Assembly (NCBI GenBank): GCA_030678995.1
Contig: JAUXTQ010000007.1
Coordinates: 51,368 to 115,367, forward strand
Length of the DNA: 64,000 nt
Origin: Caulobacter sp.
GTDB taxonomy: Bacteria; Pseudomonadota; Alphaproteobacteria; Caulobacterales; Caulobacteraceae
Direction of reading: 5' to 3'
Shown here: positions 39,314-48,728 of the stretch, piece by piece
How the letters are laid out: each line of letters begins with the position of its first letter
Position numbering within the stretch: position 1 is the stretch's first letter
Translations under genes and position numbers: made by a program
Notes under the pieces: generated by a model
What the model saw: only the letters and a program-made list of their open reading frames with translations
Told to the model about the DNA's origin: nothing
Databases searched by the model: none

Positions 39314-40797
39314 GTCAGGTAGTCCTCGATCATCAGCCCCGCGGTGGCCTTGGCCGAGCCGACCACGCCGGGAATGCCCGCGCCCGGATGGGTGCCGGCC
39401 CCGACGAAATACAGGTTGGAGATCACATCGTCACGGTTGTGGGTCCGGAACCAGGCGCTCTGGGTCAGGAGTGGTTCCAGCGAGAAGGCCGAACCCTGGA
39501 AGGCGTTCAGCTCGCCCTGGAAGTCGGCCGGGGTGAAGATGCGGCTGACCACCAGGTCCCGCTTGAGGTTCGGGATGTAGCGCGCCTCCAGGTAGTCGAG
39601 GATGCGGTCGCGATACTTCGGCCCCTCGACGGCCCAGTCGATGTCCGCCGTGCCCAGGTGCGGCACCGGGGAGAGGGCGTAGTAGGTCGAGCAGCCCTCC
39701 GGCGCCTGGCCCGGATCGGTGGCGCAAGGTGCGTGAAGATACAGCGAGAAGTCCTCGGGAAGACTGGGCTTTGAGTAGATTTCGTCGATCAGCCCCTTGT
39801 AGCGCGAGGCGAACAGGATGCTGTGGTGGCGGATATCGGGATGCTGCGCCTTCAGGCCGAAGTGCAGCACGAACAGCGAGGGGCTCCAGCGCGCGCCCTT
39901 CAGACGCTTGCCTTCCGACCGGCCGCGCGGATGTCCCGCGAGCAGCTTTTCATAGGTGTGCTGGATGTCGGCGTTGGAGGCGACGGTGTCGAAGGTCTCG
40001 GTGGTCCCGTCGGGCAGGGCCAGGCCCGTGACGGCCTTGCCCTCGGTCGTAATCGCCTTGACCGGCGTCGACAGGCGCAGGGTCCCGCCGAGGTCCTCGA
40101 ACAGCTTCACCATGGCGCGGATCAGGGCATGGGTGCCGCCGCGCGGGAACCAGACCCCGCCGCGCCGCTCCAACGCATGGATCAGGCCGTAGATCGAGGA
40201 GGCCGCGAACGGGCTGCCGCCGACCAGCAGGGTGTGGAACGACAGGGCCTGGCGCAGGTAGGGATCCTGAACGAACGAACTGACCTTGGCGTAGACGCTG
40301 CGCCAGGCCTGCAGCCGCATCAGCGCCGGGGCCGCGGCGATCATGCTCTTGAAGTCGAGGAAGGGCACATGGCCGAGCTTGACGTAGCCCTCCTGGAACA
40401 GCTCTTCGGAATAGGCGAGGAAACGTTTGTAACCCTCTACGTCGGCAGGGTTTCTCGCCGCGATCTGTTCGTCCAGGCGGGCCTGGTCGTTGACGTAGTC
40501 GAAGACGTGCCCGTCCTCCCAGCACAGGCGATAGAAGGGATCGACGCTGATCAGCTCGACATAGTCCGACAGCTTGCGGCCGGAGAGGGCGAACAGTTCT
40601 TCCAGGCAGGCGGGGTCGGTGACGACCGTCGGGCCGGCGTCGAAGGTGAAGCCCTGCTCCTCCCAGACGTAGGCGCGGCCGCCGGGCTTGTCGCGGCCCT
40701 CGAAGATCGTCGTGTCGAAGCCGGCCGACTGCAGGCGGATGGCCAGCGCCAGCCCGCCGAACCCCGATCCGATCACCGCCGCGCGCGGTTTCGTCAT
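39310..40797 (-). CDS. crtI: Phytoene desaturase
   Basis: GSGFGG, FDAGPTV and NLYFVGAGTHPGAGIPGV motifs. Confidence 0.95.
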   Translation of the reverse strand: MTKPRAAVIGSGFGGLALAIRLQSAGFDTTIFEGRDKPGGRAYVWEEQGFTFDAGPTVVTDPACLEELFALSGRKLSDYVELISVDPFYRLCWEDGHVFDYVNDQARLDEQIAARNPADVEGYKRFLAYSEELFQEGYVKLGHVPFLDFKSMIAAAPALMRLQAWRSVYAKVSSFVQDPYLRQALSFHTLLVGGSPFAASSIYGLIHALERRGGVWFPRGGTHALIRAMVKLFEDLGGTLRLSTPVKAITTEGKAVTGLALPDGTTETFDTVASNADIQHTYEKLLAGHPRGRSEGKRLKGARWSPSLFVLHFGLKAQHPDIRHHSILFASRYKGLIDEIYSKPSLPEDFSLYLHAPCATDPGQAPEGCSTYYALSPVPHLGTADIDWAVEGPKYRDRILDYLEARYIPNLKRDLVVSRIFTPADFQGELNAFQGSAFSLEPLLTQSAWFRTHNRDDVISNLYFVGAGTHPGAGIPGVVGSAKATAGLMIEDYLT

Positions 40798-41975
40798 GCC
40801 TTGTCGCCCCCAGGAAGCACCGATCGCTCGGACAGCACGGCCATGGCCGCCGCGATCGGCACCGGCGGCTTGCCTATCAGGATGCGGGCCTTGTCCGCCA
40901 GCGTGATCCGCCCGGCGTAGAACCGCTCCACCAGGCCCTGCGACAGGCGATAGAACCGTTCCAGCACGATGAACCGCCGGCCCGGCGTCGCGGCCTTGAA
41001 CAGCATGCGGTTGAGCAGGCGGTAGTAGGCCCGCTCACGCCAGCGCTGCTTCGACCGCGCCTCGACGCACGCCCGCACCGTGGCGGTGGTCAGCAGGGGC
41101 AGCGCCGCGATTTCGTCGGCCAGCCTCGCGGCGTCGGGCAGGCTGTAGCCGGTGATCGGCTGGAACAGCGCCGCCCGCAGGCCCACCTGGGCGGTGTCGG
41201 CGGCGCGCCAGTGAGCGTCGATGTCGCCGGCAAGGGCGATGGGCAGGACGCCGTCCTCCTCGCGGACGACCGCCTTGATCGCCCAGCCCTGGGCGGCGGC
41301 ATAGGCGGCGATGTCGGCGGCCAGCGCCGCCCGGTCGAGCGCCTCGCCGTCGCTGTAGCGGGTGTCTTCGACCAACAGCCGGGTCGCCGACAGGGGCAGA
41401 GTGTAGAGGAAGCGATAGCCGTCCAGCTGGTCGACCGTGGCGTCCATCACGATCGGCCGGGTCAGGCCGTGTGGTGCGGCGAGCTCCAGCTCCTGGCCGA
41501 GGAACTTCTGCCAGCCCAGCACAAGGTGGGGGGCAGGGGCAGGGCCGCGCCCGTCGATGACGCAGGGCGCTTCCAGCACCCGGCCGTCGGCGAGGGTCAC
41601 GCCGTCATCCGCGAGAGCCGCTACGCCGACGCCGGTCCAGGCGTCGGAGCCGAGAACGCCCGACACGACCTCATGGAAACGGTCCGACGGAATGGCCCGA
41701 TAGGGGGTGGTCAGGGCCCGCCGGTGGCCGGGAAACCGGACCTCGTAGCCGTCCCAGCGATGGGCGATCAGGGGCGCCAGCCAGGCGCCGATCTCCTCGC
41801 TGACGTCGGAGGCGAAGTGGCTCCAGGTGTGGCGCCCGCCCAGGGTGGCGTCCTTCTCGACGACGATGACCGTCAGCGCCGGGCGCAGGGCCTTGAGGCG
41901 CAGGGCGATCAGGCCGCTGGCCAGCCCCCCGCCCACGAGGACAACATCAGCGCGGGTTGCGGGGGGCGAGGCCAT
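40794..41975 (-). CDS. crtY: Lycopene beta-cyclase
   Basis: GGGLA, HTWS, QKF.G, P..MDATV.Q.DGYRF.Y, EDT.Y and TGYSLP motifs. Confidence 0.93.
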   Translation of the reverse strand: MASPPATRADVVLVGGGLASGLIALRLKALRPALTVIVVEKDATLGGRHTWSHFASDVSEEIGAWLAPLIAHRWDGYEVRFPGHRRALTTPYRAIPSDRFHEVVSGVLGSDAWTGVGVAALADDGVTLADGRVLEAPCVIDGRGPAPAPHLVLGWQKFLGQELELAAPHGLTRPIVMDATVDQLDGYRFLYTLPLSATRLLVEDTRYSDGEALDRAALAADIAAYAAAQGWAIKAVVREEDGVLPIALAGDIDAHWRAADTAQVGLRAALFQPITGYSLPDAARLADEIAALPLLTTATVRACVEARSKQRWRERAYYRLLNRMLFKAATPGRRFIVLERFYRLSQGLVERFYAGRITLADKARILIGKPPVPIAAAMAVLSERSVLPGGDKA

Positions 41976-42079
41976 GCCCCGGAGATAGCACGACCTCGCC
42001 CGAAGGCCAGACGGGCTTGCGATTGCGTGGCGGCCGGCGAACGGGTAGGGGCCAGCAAGGTTCCGGGAGACTCTTTCGC

Positions 42080-42976
42080 ATGACGCAGGCGACGATCATC
42101 GACGGCAAGGCTTTTGGCGCGCGGCTGCGCGAACAGATCGCCGACGAGGTCGCCCGGCTCAAGGCGGACCACGGCCTGACCCCGGGTCTGGCGGTGGTCC
42201 TGGTGGGCGAGGACCCGGCCAGCGAGATCTACGTCCGCAACAAGGGCGAGCAGACCCGCGCCGCCGGCATGTACTCCGAAACCCACACCCTGGCCGCCGA
42301 CGCCAGTGAGGCGGAGGTGCTGGCCCTGGTTGGAAGGCTGAACGCCGACCCGGCGATTCACGGCCTGCTGGTCCAGTTTCCCGTGCCGGACCATCTCAGC
42401 CAGGCGCGTATCGTGGCGGCCATCTCGCCGGACAAGGATGTGGACGGTCTGACGGTGACCAATGCCGGGCGGCTGTCCAGCGGCCTGCCGGCCCTGACAT
42501 CCTGCACGCCGGTGGGCTGCATGCTGCTGCTCAAGGACGCCCTCGGCGACCTGACCGGTAAGCACGCGGTGGTGATCGGTCGTTCGAACCTGATGGGCAA
42601 GCCGATGGCCCAGCTGCTGCTGGCCGCCGACTGCACCGTGACCATCGCCCACAGCCGCAGCCGCGACCTGCCGGCCATCTGCCGCCAGGCGGACATCCTG
42701 GTCGCCGCCGTGGGCCGCGCCGAGATGGTCCGGGGCGACTGGATCAAGCCCGGCGCCGCGGTGATCGATGTGGGCATCACCCGCTTCCCCTCCCGCGATC
42801 CGGAGCGGGCCGCCGCCGGCAAGACCCGCATCGTCGGCGACGTGGCCTTCGACGAGGCGAAGGCGGTGGCCGGCTGGATCACGCCGGTGCCGGGCGGCGT
42901 GGGGCCCATGACCATCGCCTGCCTGCTGCAGAACACCCTGGTGGCCGCCAAACGGCTGCACGGGCTGGAGGCGTAG
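42080..42976 (+). CDS. folD: Methylenetetrahydrofolate dehydrogenase/cyclohydrolase
   Basis: [19 protein letters not shown] and [11 protein letters not shown] motifs. Confidence 0.96.
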   Translation: MTQATIIDGKAFGARLREQIADEVARLKADHGLTPGLAVVLVGEDPASEIYVRNKGEQTRAAGMYSETHTLAADASEAEVLALVGRLNADPAIHGLLVQFPVPDHLSQARIVAAISPDKDVDGLTVTNAGRLSSGLPALTSCTPVGCMLLLKDALGDLTGKHAVVIGRSNLMGKPMAQLLLAADCTVTIAHSRSRDLPAICRQADILVAAVGRAEMVRGDWIKPGAAVIDVGITRFPSRDPERAAAGKTRIVGDVAFDEAKAVAGWITPVPGGVGPMTIACLLQNTLVAAKRLHGLEA

Positions 42977-42978
42977 GG

Positions 42979-43476
42979 ATGGGATTGCATGGCCGTCCTG
43001 CGTCCTTCGAGACGCGCTTCGCGCTCCTCAGGATGACGAAGAGTGTGGATTGCAAAATAGGCCGTCATGGTGAGGAGCGGCCGTCAGGCCCCCCGGATCA
43101 AGTCCGGGGCTCGAACCACGCACGCGACATCAGCATCGCTATGCTGGCCCTCGCCCTCGCCGCCTGCACGCCCGCGCCGAAACCCGCCCCCACACCCGAG
43201 CAGGCGGCCTTGCTGAAACCCGCCGACGCGCGGCTGGCGGAACTCTACGAGACCTCCTGCAAGGCCTGCCACACGATCACGCAGTCCGGCGCGCCGATGG
43301 TTCATGACCAGGCCGCCTGGGCGCCACGCCTGAAGCAGGGCATGCCGGTGCTGGTCGACCACAGTATCCAGGGATTCAACGCCATGCCCGCCGGCGGTCA
43401 GTGCGCGACTTGCACCCCGGCCGATTTCGAGGGTCTGATACGATTCATGGCGGACCAGGAAGGCTCCGCCGGATAG
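42979..43476 (+). CDS. Cytochrome c5-type lipoprotein (alternative start 43141)
   Basis: LAAC lipobox; CKACH; GAP..HD..AW.PR and G..AMP.GG.C..C; GGAGG RBS before ATG 42979. Confidence 0.8.
   Translation: MGLHGRPASFETRFALLRMTKSVDCKIGRHGEERPSGPPDQVRGSNHARDISIAMLALALAACTPAPKPAPTPEQAALLKPADARLAELYETSCKACHTITQSGAPMVHDQAAWAPRLKQGMPVLVDHSIQGFNAMPAGGQCATCTPADFEGLIRFMADQEGSAG
42999..43122. repeat. Palindromic repeat family B, copy 3
   Basis: TGCGTCCTTCGAGACG...CTCGAACCACGCA with nested CCCCGGATCAAGTCCGGGG. Confidence 0.82.
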
Positions 43477-43489
43477 GGCGGGGATTCAC

Positions 43490-44893
43490 ATGATTTCGAG
43501 GCGCAAGGCGTTGATCGCCGGAGGAGCCGGCGTCGCCGTCGTGGCCGGGTCGGCGACCGCGATCGGCGTGGCCAACCGCGAGAAGCCCGAGCCGCCGTCG
43601 CCGCCCTCCAGCGACGGCAAGGGCCACACCCTGTGGCGCAACTGGTCGGGCATCCAGCACAGCTATCCGGTTCTGCGCGCCGCGCCGAAGGACGAGGGCG
43701 AGCTGGCCGCCCTGATGACGGCCGCGCCGGCGCCGGTCCGGGTCACCGGCGCCGGCCACAGCTTCACCGGCCTGTGCGCCACCGCGGGAACCCTGGTTTC
43801 GCTGGACGCGATGAGCGGGATCGTGGGCTGGGACGGCGACGAGGCGACGGTCCTGGCCGGCACGCGCCTGGGGGCCCTTGGCCCGGCCCTGGCCGCGAAG
43901 GGGCGGGCCATGGCCAACCTGCCCGACATCAACAAGCAGTCCCTCGGCGGCGCCCTGGGCACGGCGACCCACGGGACAGGAACGACCCTCAAGGCGATCC
44001 ACGGCGACGTGACGGCGCTGACCCTGGTCACCGCGACCGGTCAGGTGATCGACTGCGACGGCGACAAACGCCCCGAGCTGTTCGACGCCGCCCGGGTGTC
44101 GTTGGGCGCGCTGGGGGTCATCACCAGGGCCCGGCTGACCACCACCGCCAACCGTCGCCTGCGTCGGCGGGTCTGGATCGAGCCGTTCGAGGAGGCCCTC
44201 GACAAGGCGGAGGCGCGCTGGAAGACCCACCGCAACTTCGAGTTCTACGCCGTGCCCTTCACCGGGCTTGCGGCCAACATCAGCCACGATGAAACCGACG
44301 AGCCTGCAGGGGTTCGCCCGCCCAGCCAGGACGACGCCTTCCTCGACGTGCTCAAGACCCTGCGCAATCTGCTGGGCTTCTCGGTCGGCATGCGCAAGGC
44401 GGCGGCCAGGGCCCTGCTGGGCGGCGCCGAGGAAGAGACGGCGGTCGACGAGGGCTGGAAGCTGCTCTCCACCGAACGCCCGGTGCGCTTCAACGAGATG
44501 GAATACCACCTGCCCGCCGAGACCCAGCTGCAGGCGCTGAAGGAGGTGGTCGCGGTCATCGAGCAGAAGCGGCCGGACGTCTTCTTCCCGATCGAAGTGC
44601 GCCGCATCGCGCCGGATGACGCCTGGTTGTCGCCGTTCCAGGGTGAGCCGCGGGGATCGGTGGCCGTCCATGCCTGGTACAAGGACGACCACGCCTTTTT
44701 CTACGAGCTGATCGAACCGATCTTCCGGCGGCACGGCGGGCGGCCCCACTGGGGCAAGCTGCATTCGCTCAATGGCCCGGACCTGGCGGCGCTGTATCCG
44801 CGCTGGAACGACTTCCTCGCGTTGCGCCGCGAGCTCGACCCCGAGGGCCGGTTGCTGAACCCGTACCTGAAGACGCTGTTCAGTATTGCGTGA
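43490..44893 (+). CDS. FAD-linked sugar-1,4-lactone oxidase family (ALO/GULO-like), Tat-exported
   Basis: SRRKAL Tat signal; WRNWSG, GAGHS, GTATHGTG, E.EY, FPIEVR and GRPHWGK motifs. Confidence 0.88.
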   Translation: MISRRKALIAGGAGVAVVAGSATAIGVANREKPEPPSPPSSDGKGHTLWRNWSGIQHSYPVLRAAPKDEGELAALMTAAPAPVRVTGAGHSFTGLCATAGTLVSLDAMSGIVGWDGDEATVLAGTRLGALGPALAAKGRAMANLPDINKQSLGGALGTATHGTGTTLKAIHGDVTALTLVTATGQVIDCDGDKRPELFDAARVSLGALGVITRARLTTTANRRLRRRVWIEPFEEALDKAEARWKTHRNFEFYAVPFTGLAANISHDETDEPAGVRPPSQDDAFLDVLKTLRNLLGFSVGMRKAAARALLGGAEEETAVDEGWKLLSTERPVRFNEMEYHLPAETQLQALKEVVAVIEQKRPDVFFPIEVRRIAPDDAWLSPFQGEPRGSVAVHAWYKDDHAFFYELIEPIFRRHGGRPHWGKLHSLNGPDLAALYPRWNDFLALRRELDPEGRLLNPYLKTLFSIA

Positions 44894-45076
44894 TCCTCCC
44901 CGCGAAGCCGGGGAGGGGGACCACGCGGAGCGTGGTGGAGGGGCCAACGCCGCCGCCTCCGGACAGTCCGAGATGCGGCTGTCCGCCGAGGCCGGCGTTC
45001 CTGATCTGACCGCTGACGCCGGTTCTGACCCCTCAGTCAGGCTCCGCCTGACAGCTCCCCGGCAAGCGGGGAGCAT
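44893..45076. repeat. Palindromic repeat family A, copy 5
   Basis: CCTCCCCGCGAAGCCGGGGAGGGGGACC...GACAGCTCCCCGGCAAGCGGGGAGC. Confidence 0.82.
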
Positions 45077-45090
45077 TTGTCAGTTTGACG

Positions 45091-45711
45091 TCACCCCGCG
45101 CTCCCACCCTCCGCATTGACCCAGCCGACGACTTCGCCCAGCACCTGGGACAGGGCCTGGTTGTAGGCCGGGACGATGGCGCCGACCCGATTGTCACCGG
45201 CGCGGATTTGGGCGCTGAAAGTGCGTTCGCCGATGAGACTGCGGTCGCGGTTGCGGGTCATCACGCCGCGCACGGTGATGACCACCTGCGGCGCGGCCTT
45301 GGGGCCCCGGTCATAGACGGTTTCGAAGGTCAGCACGTCGAGCTTCAGCGCGACGTCGGCCCTGACCACCTCGCCGCGGCTGATCAGCCGCGCGCGGCCG
45401 CCGCTGTGGAACGCGGCGCTGAGCTGTTCGTCGAACAGCACGGACGCAGGCGACACCCAGCGTGCGCCGGCGATGTAGGCGGCCTCGCCGGTGTTGTTGA
45501 TCGTCAGGATGCGGTCCCCGGCGGACGCGCGCGGAAAGCCGGTGACCAGCCGCATGACGCCGAAGCCAGGGCCCGGCGCCAACGTCTGCGACGGCATGCT
45601 CGCCGTGAACCGGTAGAGCTGGGCGGGTTCCGACTTGGGAAACAGCGAAATGCAGCCCGACAGGGCGATGGCCGCCAGCGCGAGGGCTGCGGCGGTCAGG
45701 CGACGGCTCAC
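45091..45711 (-). CDS. ABC-type transport auxiliary lipoprotein (PqiC-like)
   Basis: LSGC lipobox; Y...ARW..P motif; last gene of the MCE operon. Confidence 0.82.
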   Translation of the reverse strand: MSRRLTAAALALAAIALSGCISLFPKSEPAQLYRFTASMPSQTLAPGPGFGVMRLVTGFPRASAGDRILTINNTGEAAYIAGARWVSPASVLFDEQLSAAFHSGGRARLISRGEVVRADVALKLDVLTFETVYDRGPKAAPQVVITVRGVMTRNRDRSLIGERTFSAQIRAGDNRVGAIVPAYNQALSQVLGEVVGWVNAEGGSAG

Positions 45712-46646
45712 GGTTGGACCTCCAGTTCCTTGGCGGGCGGCTTGCCGACCACGCCCTGCGGATTCTGCTCGACCTCGGAGACCAGGCGATCAAGCGACTC
45801 GGCGGTCGACTGCAGGGTGGTGATGGCCCGGGTCAGCTGCGGCAGGCCGGTGTCGGCGAACTCGCTGGTTGGTCCGTCGAGCTTGGCGATCATTGCCCGG
45901 GCGTCGCGGGTGGCCGCCTTGAGCTCGGCCGCGGCCTCGCTCAGCTCGGCCAGGGTGCGTCTGCCGTCGCCATCGACCAGACCCTTGGTCGAGCGGCTCA
46001 GTTCGGTGATCTCGGCCGCCGCTGTATCGATGCTCTGCAGAGCCTTCTGCGCATCGGCGATGATCTGCTTGCGCTCGCGCGCCTCGGCGGTGATCGCCTG
46101 GACGTCGCTGAGGGCGGCGCTGAAAGTCTCCACGTTCTTGTCGGACAGGACCTGGTTGACCCGATCGAGCGCCTCGATGGTCCGGGTCAGAACCGTCCCG
46201 CCGCCCTGCAGCAGGTCTGAAAGGGCGCTGCGCTGGGTCTTGATGACCGGAATTTTCCCCGGTTCCACGGTCTCCTTGAGCAGCCGTTTGGTCGGCGTCC
46301 CAGCGGTGATCTGGACATAGTTGACCCCGGTGATGCCCTGGGGCTCGAGGGTGGCGTAGGAATCCTCGCGGATCGGCACGTCGGAGGTGACCCGGGCCGT
46401 GGCGATCACCCGGTTGGGATCGCGCTTGTCGAGGGCGATCTTGGTCACCTCGCCGACCTTGATGCCATTGAAATGGACCTCACCTCCCTCCGACAGGCCG
46501 CGGACCGGGCCGACGAACAGGATGTCGTAGACGTCGAAGTCGCGATTGAACTGCAATCGGGCCAGCCAGACGACGAACACCACCAGCCCGACCACCAGGA
46601 CCAGGGATGCGATGCCGACCACGGCGTAGTTGGCGTTTCTTTCCAT
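45708..46646 (-). CDS. mlaD: MCE/MlaD family protein
   Basis: V.GL..G..V.FNGI.VG.V and QGITG..Y motifs; helical C-terminus. Confidence 0.88.
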   Translation of the reverse strand: MERNANYAVVGIASLVLVVGLVVFVVWLARLQFNRDFDVYDILFVGPVRGLSEGGEVHFNGIKVGEVTKIALDKRDPNRVIATARVTSDVPIREDSYATLEPQGITGVNYVQITAGTPTKRLLKETVEPGKIPVIKTQRSALSDLLQGGGTVLTRTIEALDRVNQVLSDKNVETFSAALSDVQAITAEARERKQIIADAQKALQSIDTAAAEITELSRSTKGLVDGDGRRTLAELSEAAAELKAATRDARAMIAKLDGPTSEFADTGLPQLTRAITTLQSTAESLDRLVSEVEQNPQGVVGKPPAKELEVQP

Positions 46647-47467
46647 CAGACGCTCCGCCCCCCAGCGGCTTTCAGCGAGCTGGCCGCCGCTCGACCTCTC
46701 GGCCCAAGGAAGTATTCCTGAATCCAGGGGTGATCGGAATGCTCCAGTTCCTTCACCGGCGCCACCGCCACCACCTTCTTGTCCGCCAGCACGGCGACAA
46801 CGTCGGTGATCGTGTACAGGCTGTCGAGGTCGTGCGTTATCATGAACACCGTCAGGCCGAGACTACGCGATAGATCGAGAATCAGTTCGTCGAACGCCGC
46901 CGCACCGATCGGATCCAGCCCCGCGGTTGGCTCGTCGAGGAACAGCAGCTCCGGATCCATGGCCAGGGCCCGGGCCAGCGCCGCCCGCTTGATCATCCCG
47001 CCCGACAGCTCCGAAGGTTTCAGCGCTCCGGCCCGCGGCGGCAGGCCGGACAGGGCGATCTTGAGATCCGCCAGCTCGTTGATCTCGGCCCGTGACAGGG
47101 CGGTATGCTCATGCAACGGCGCGGCGACGTTCTCGCGCACGGTCAGCGACGAGAACAGGGCTCCCTGCTGGAACAGCACGCCCCAGCGCCGGTTGATGGC
47201 CGACCATTTGCGGCGGCTGGCGGTCTGCAGATCCTCGCCGAACAGCTTGATCGTGCCGCCGTCGGGCTGCTTGAGGCCGATGATGGTGTTGAGCAGCACG
47301 GACTTGCCCGACCCCGACCCGCCAACGACGCCCATCACCTGGCCGCGCTTGACGGTGAGGTTCAGGTCCTTGTGGACGACGTTGCTGCCAAAGCGCGACT
47401 CCAGGCCGATCACCTCGATCGGCGGCGCGTCGCCGTCCAGCCCGCCGTGATCGTCCTCGGCGTTCAT
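46646..47467 (-). CDS. mlaF: MlaF-type ABC ATPase
   Basis: GGSGSGKS, FQQGALF, PSELSGGM.KR and DEPTAGLDPI motifs. Confidence 0.9.
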   Translation of the reverse strand: MNAEDDHGGLDGDAPPIEVIGLESRFGSNVVHKDLNLTVKRGQVMGVVGGSGSGKSVLLNTIIGLKQPDGGTIKLFGEDLQTASRRKWSAINRRWGVLFQQGALFSSLTVRENVAAPLHEHTALSRAEINELADLKIALSGLPPRAGALKPSELSGGMIKRAALARALAMDPELLFLDEPTAGLDPIGAAAFDELILDLSRSLGLTVFMITHDLDSLYTITDVVAVLADKKVVAVAPVKELEHSDHPWIQEYFLGPRGRAAASSLKAAGGRSV

Positions 47468-48579
47468 ATGTCGAGTTCCATGTAGACCAGGGCGAAAATG
47501 GCGTCGAGCACGATGACCGCGAAGATGGCCTGGACGACGGCCGAGGTGACGCGCACGCCCAGGGACGTCACGTCGCCCTCGACCTCCATCCCCTGACGGC
47601 AGCCGATGCCGGCGATGACCGCGGCCATCACCGGCGCCTTGCTCAGGCCGACCCAGAAGTGGTCCGCGCCGACGTTGTCGGCCACGCGCTGCATGAAGAA
47701 GGTCGGTGACAGGTCGATGACGTTCCAGGCCACCATGGCCCCGCCGGCCAGACCCGCGAGGTCGGCCACGAAGGTCAACAGCGGCATCATCAGCAGCAGG
47801 GCGACGAAGCGCGGCAGCACCAGGGCGTCGAACGGATCAACCCCCAGCACCTGCATGGCGTCGATCTCCTGGCGCATCTTCATCGCCCCGATCTCGGCGG
47901 CGAAGGCCGAGGCGGAGCGGCCCGACAGCAGCACCGCGGTGATGACGATGCCGAATTCGCGCAACACGGCGATGCCGGTGCCTTCGACCACCAGCACCTC
48001 GGCGCCGAACTCCCGCAGGGTGTTGATGCCCAAAAGGCCGACCACGGCGCCGATGAAAAAGGTAGTGACCGCGACGATCGGCAGGGCGTCCAGGCCCGCC
48101 CGCTCACTCAACGAGAAGATCGCGGCCCAGCGGATCTTGCGGGGGTTGGCGAACATCCGGCCCACCGAGGTGGTCAGATGGCCGATGAAACCGAAAGTCT
48201 CGGCCGCCTCGCGGGCGACGTTGATGACCCCCATGCCGACCCGCACCAGCAGGTCGGTCGTCCCACGCCGGGGCGTGACCGGGGTCGGTTCAGCCTCGAC
48301 GGCGGCGGCGACGAGATCGAGCAGCCGGCGGGTCTCGGTCCGGGCCAGCACCGGCCCGGCGGATGCCTGGCCCTCCGCCGCCCGCAGAATCCCGTAGGCG
48401 CCGGCCGTGTCGCAGCGGCCGATGGCGTTGAGGTCGATGCAGACCGCCTTCGAGCCGTCGAGGATCCCCGCCAGACGATTGTCGGCCTCGCCCATGGTCT
48501 CGGCGGTCCAGTCGCCGGTCAGGGTCACGGTCGCCCCGTGGTCGCCCTGCTGGAGCTTGAAATCGGCGGGCTTGCTCAT
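47464..48579 (-). CDS. mlaE: MlaE permease with N-terminal STAS-like domain
   Basis: LRE.G...TA.LL.GR..SA.AAEIG.MK..QEIDAM motif; DTAG in the STAS-like region. Confidence 0.9.
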   Translation of the reverse strand: MSKPADFKLQQGDHGATVTLTGDWTAETMGEADNRLAGILDGSKAVCIDLNAIGRCDTAGAYGILRAAEGQASAGPVLARTETRRLLDLVAAAVEAEPTPVTPRRGTTDLLVRVGMGVINVAREAAETFGFIGHLTTSVGRMFANPRKIRWAAIFSLSERAGLDALPIVAVTTFFIGAVVGLLGINTLREFGAEVLVVEGTGIAVLREFGIVITAVLLSGRSASAFAAEIGAMKMRQEIDAMQVLGVDPFDALVLPRFVALLLMMPLLTFVADLAGLAGGAMVAWNVIDLSPTFFMQRVADNVGADHFWVGLSKAPVMAAVIAGIGCRQGMEVEGDVTSLGVRVTSAVVQAIFAVIVLDAIFALVYMELDI

Positions 48580-48728
48580 GCAGGGATCGCGGAGTTCCTG
48601 GGGACGCAGCAGAGAACCTGCCACGCGTCGGGGCCGGCGCAAAGCGCCCGTGCGCGTTGCAGACGATTGTCTTGCCCCCTGTGTTGCGCGAGGCTCGCCC
48701 CAAATGGGGGGTGCGCATGGCCTGGGGT

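Noticed and set aside
45091-48579. Mla/MCE lipid transporter as part of the carotenoid system
   Set aside because: Separated by unrelated genes (folD, oxidase) and is a common alphaproteobacterial operon; proximity alone is not evidence.
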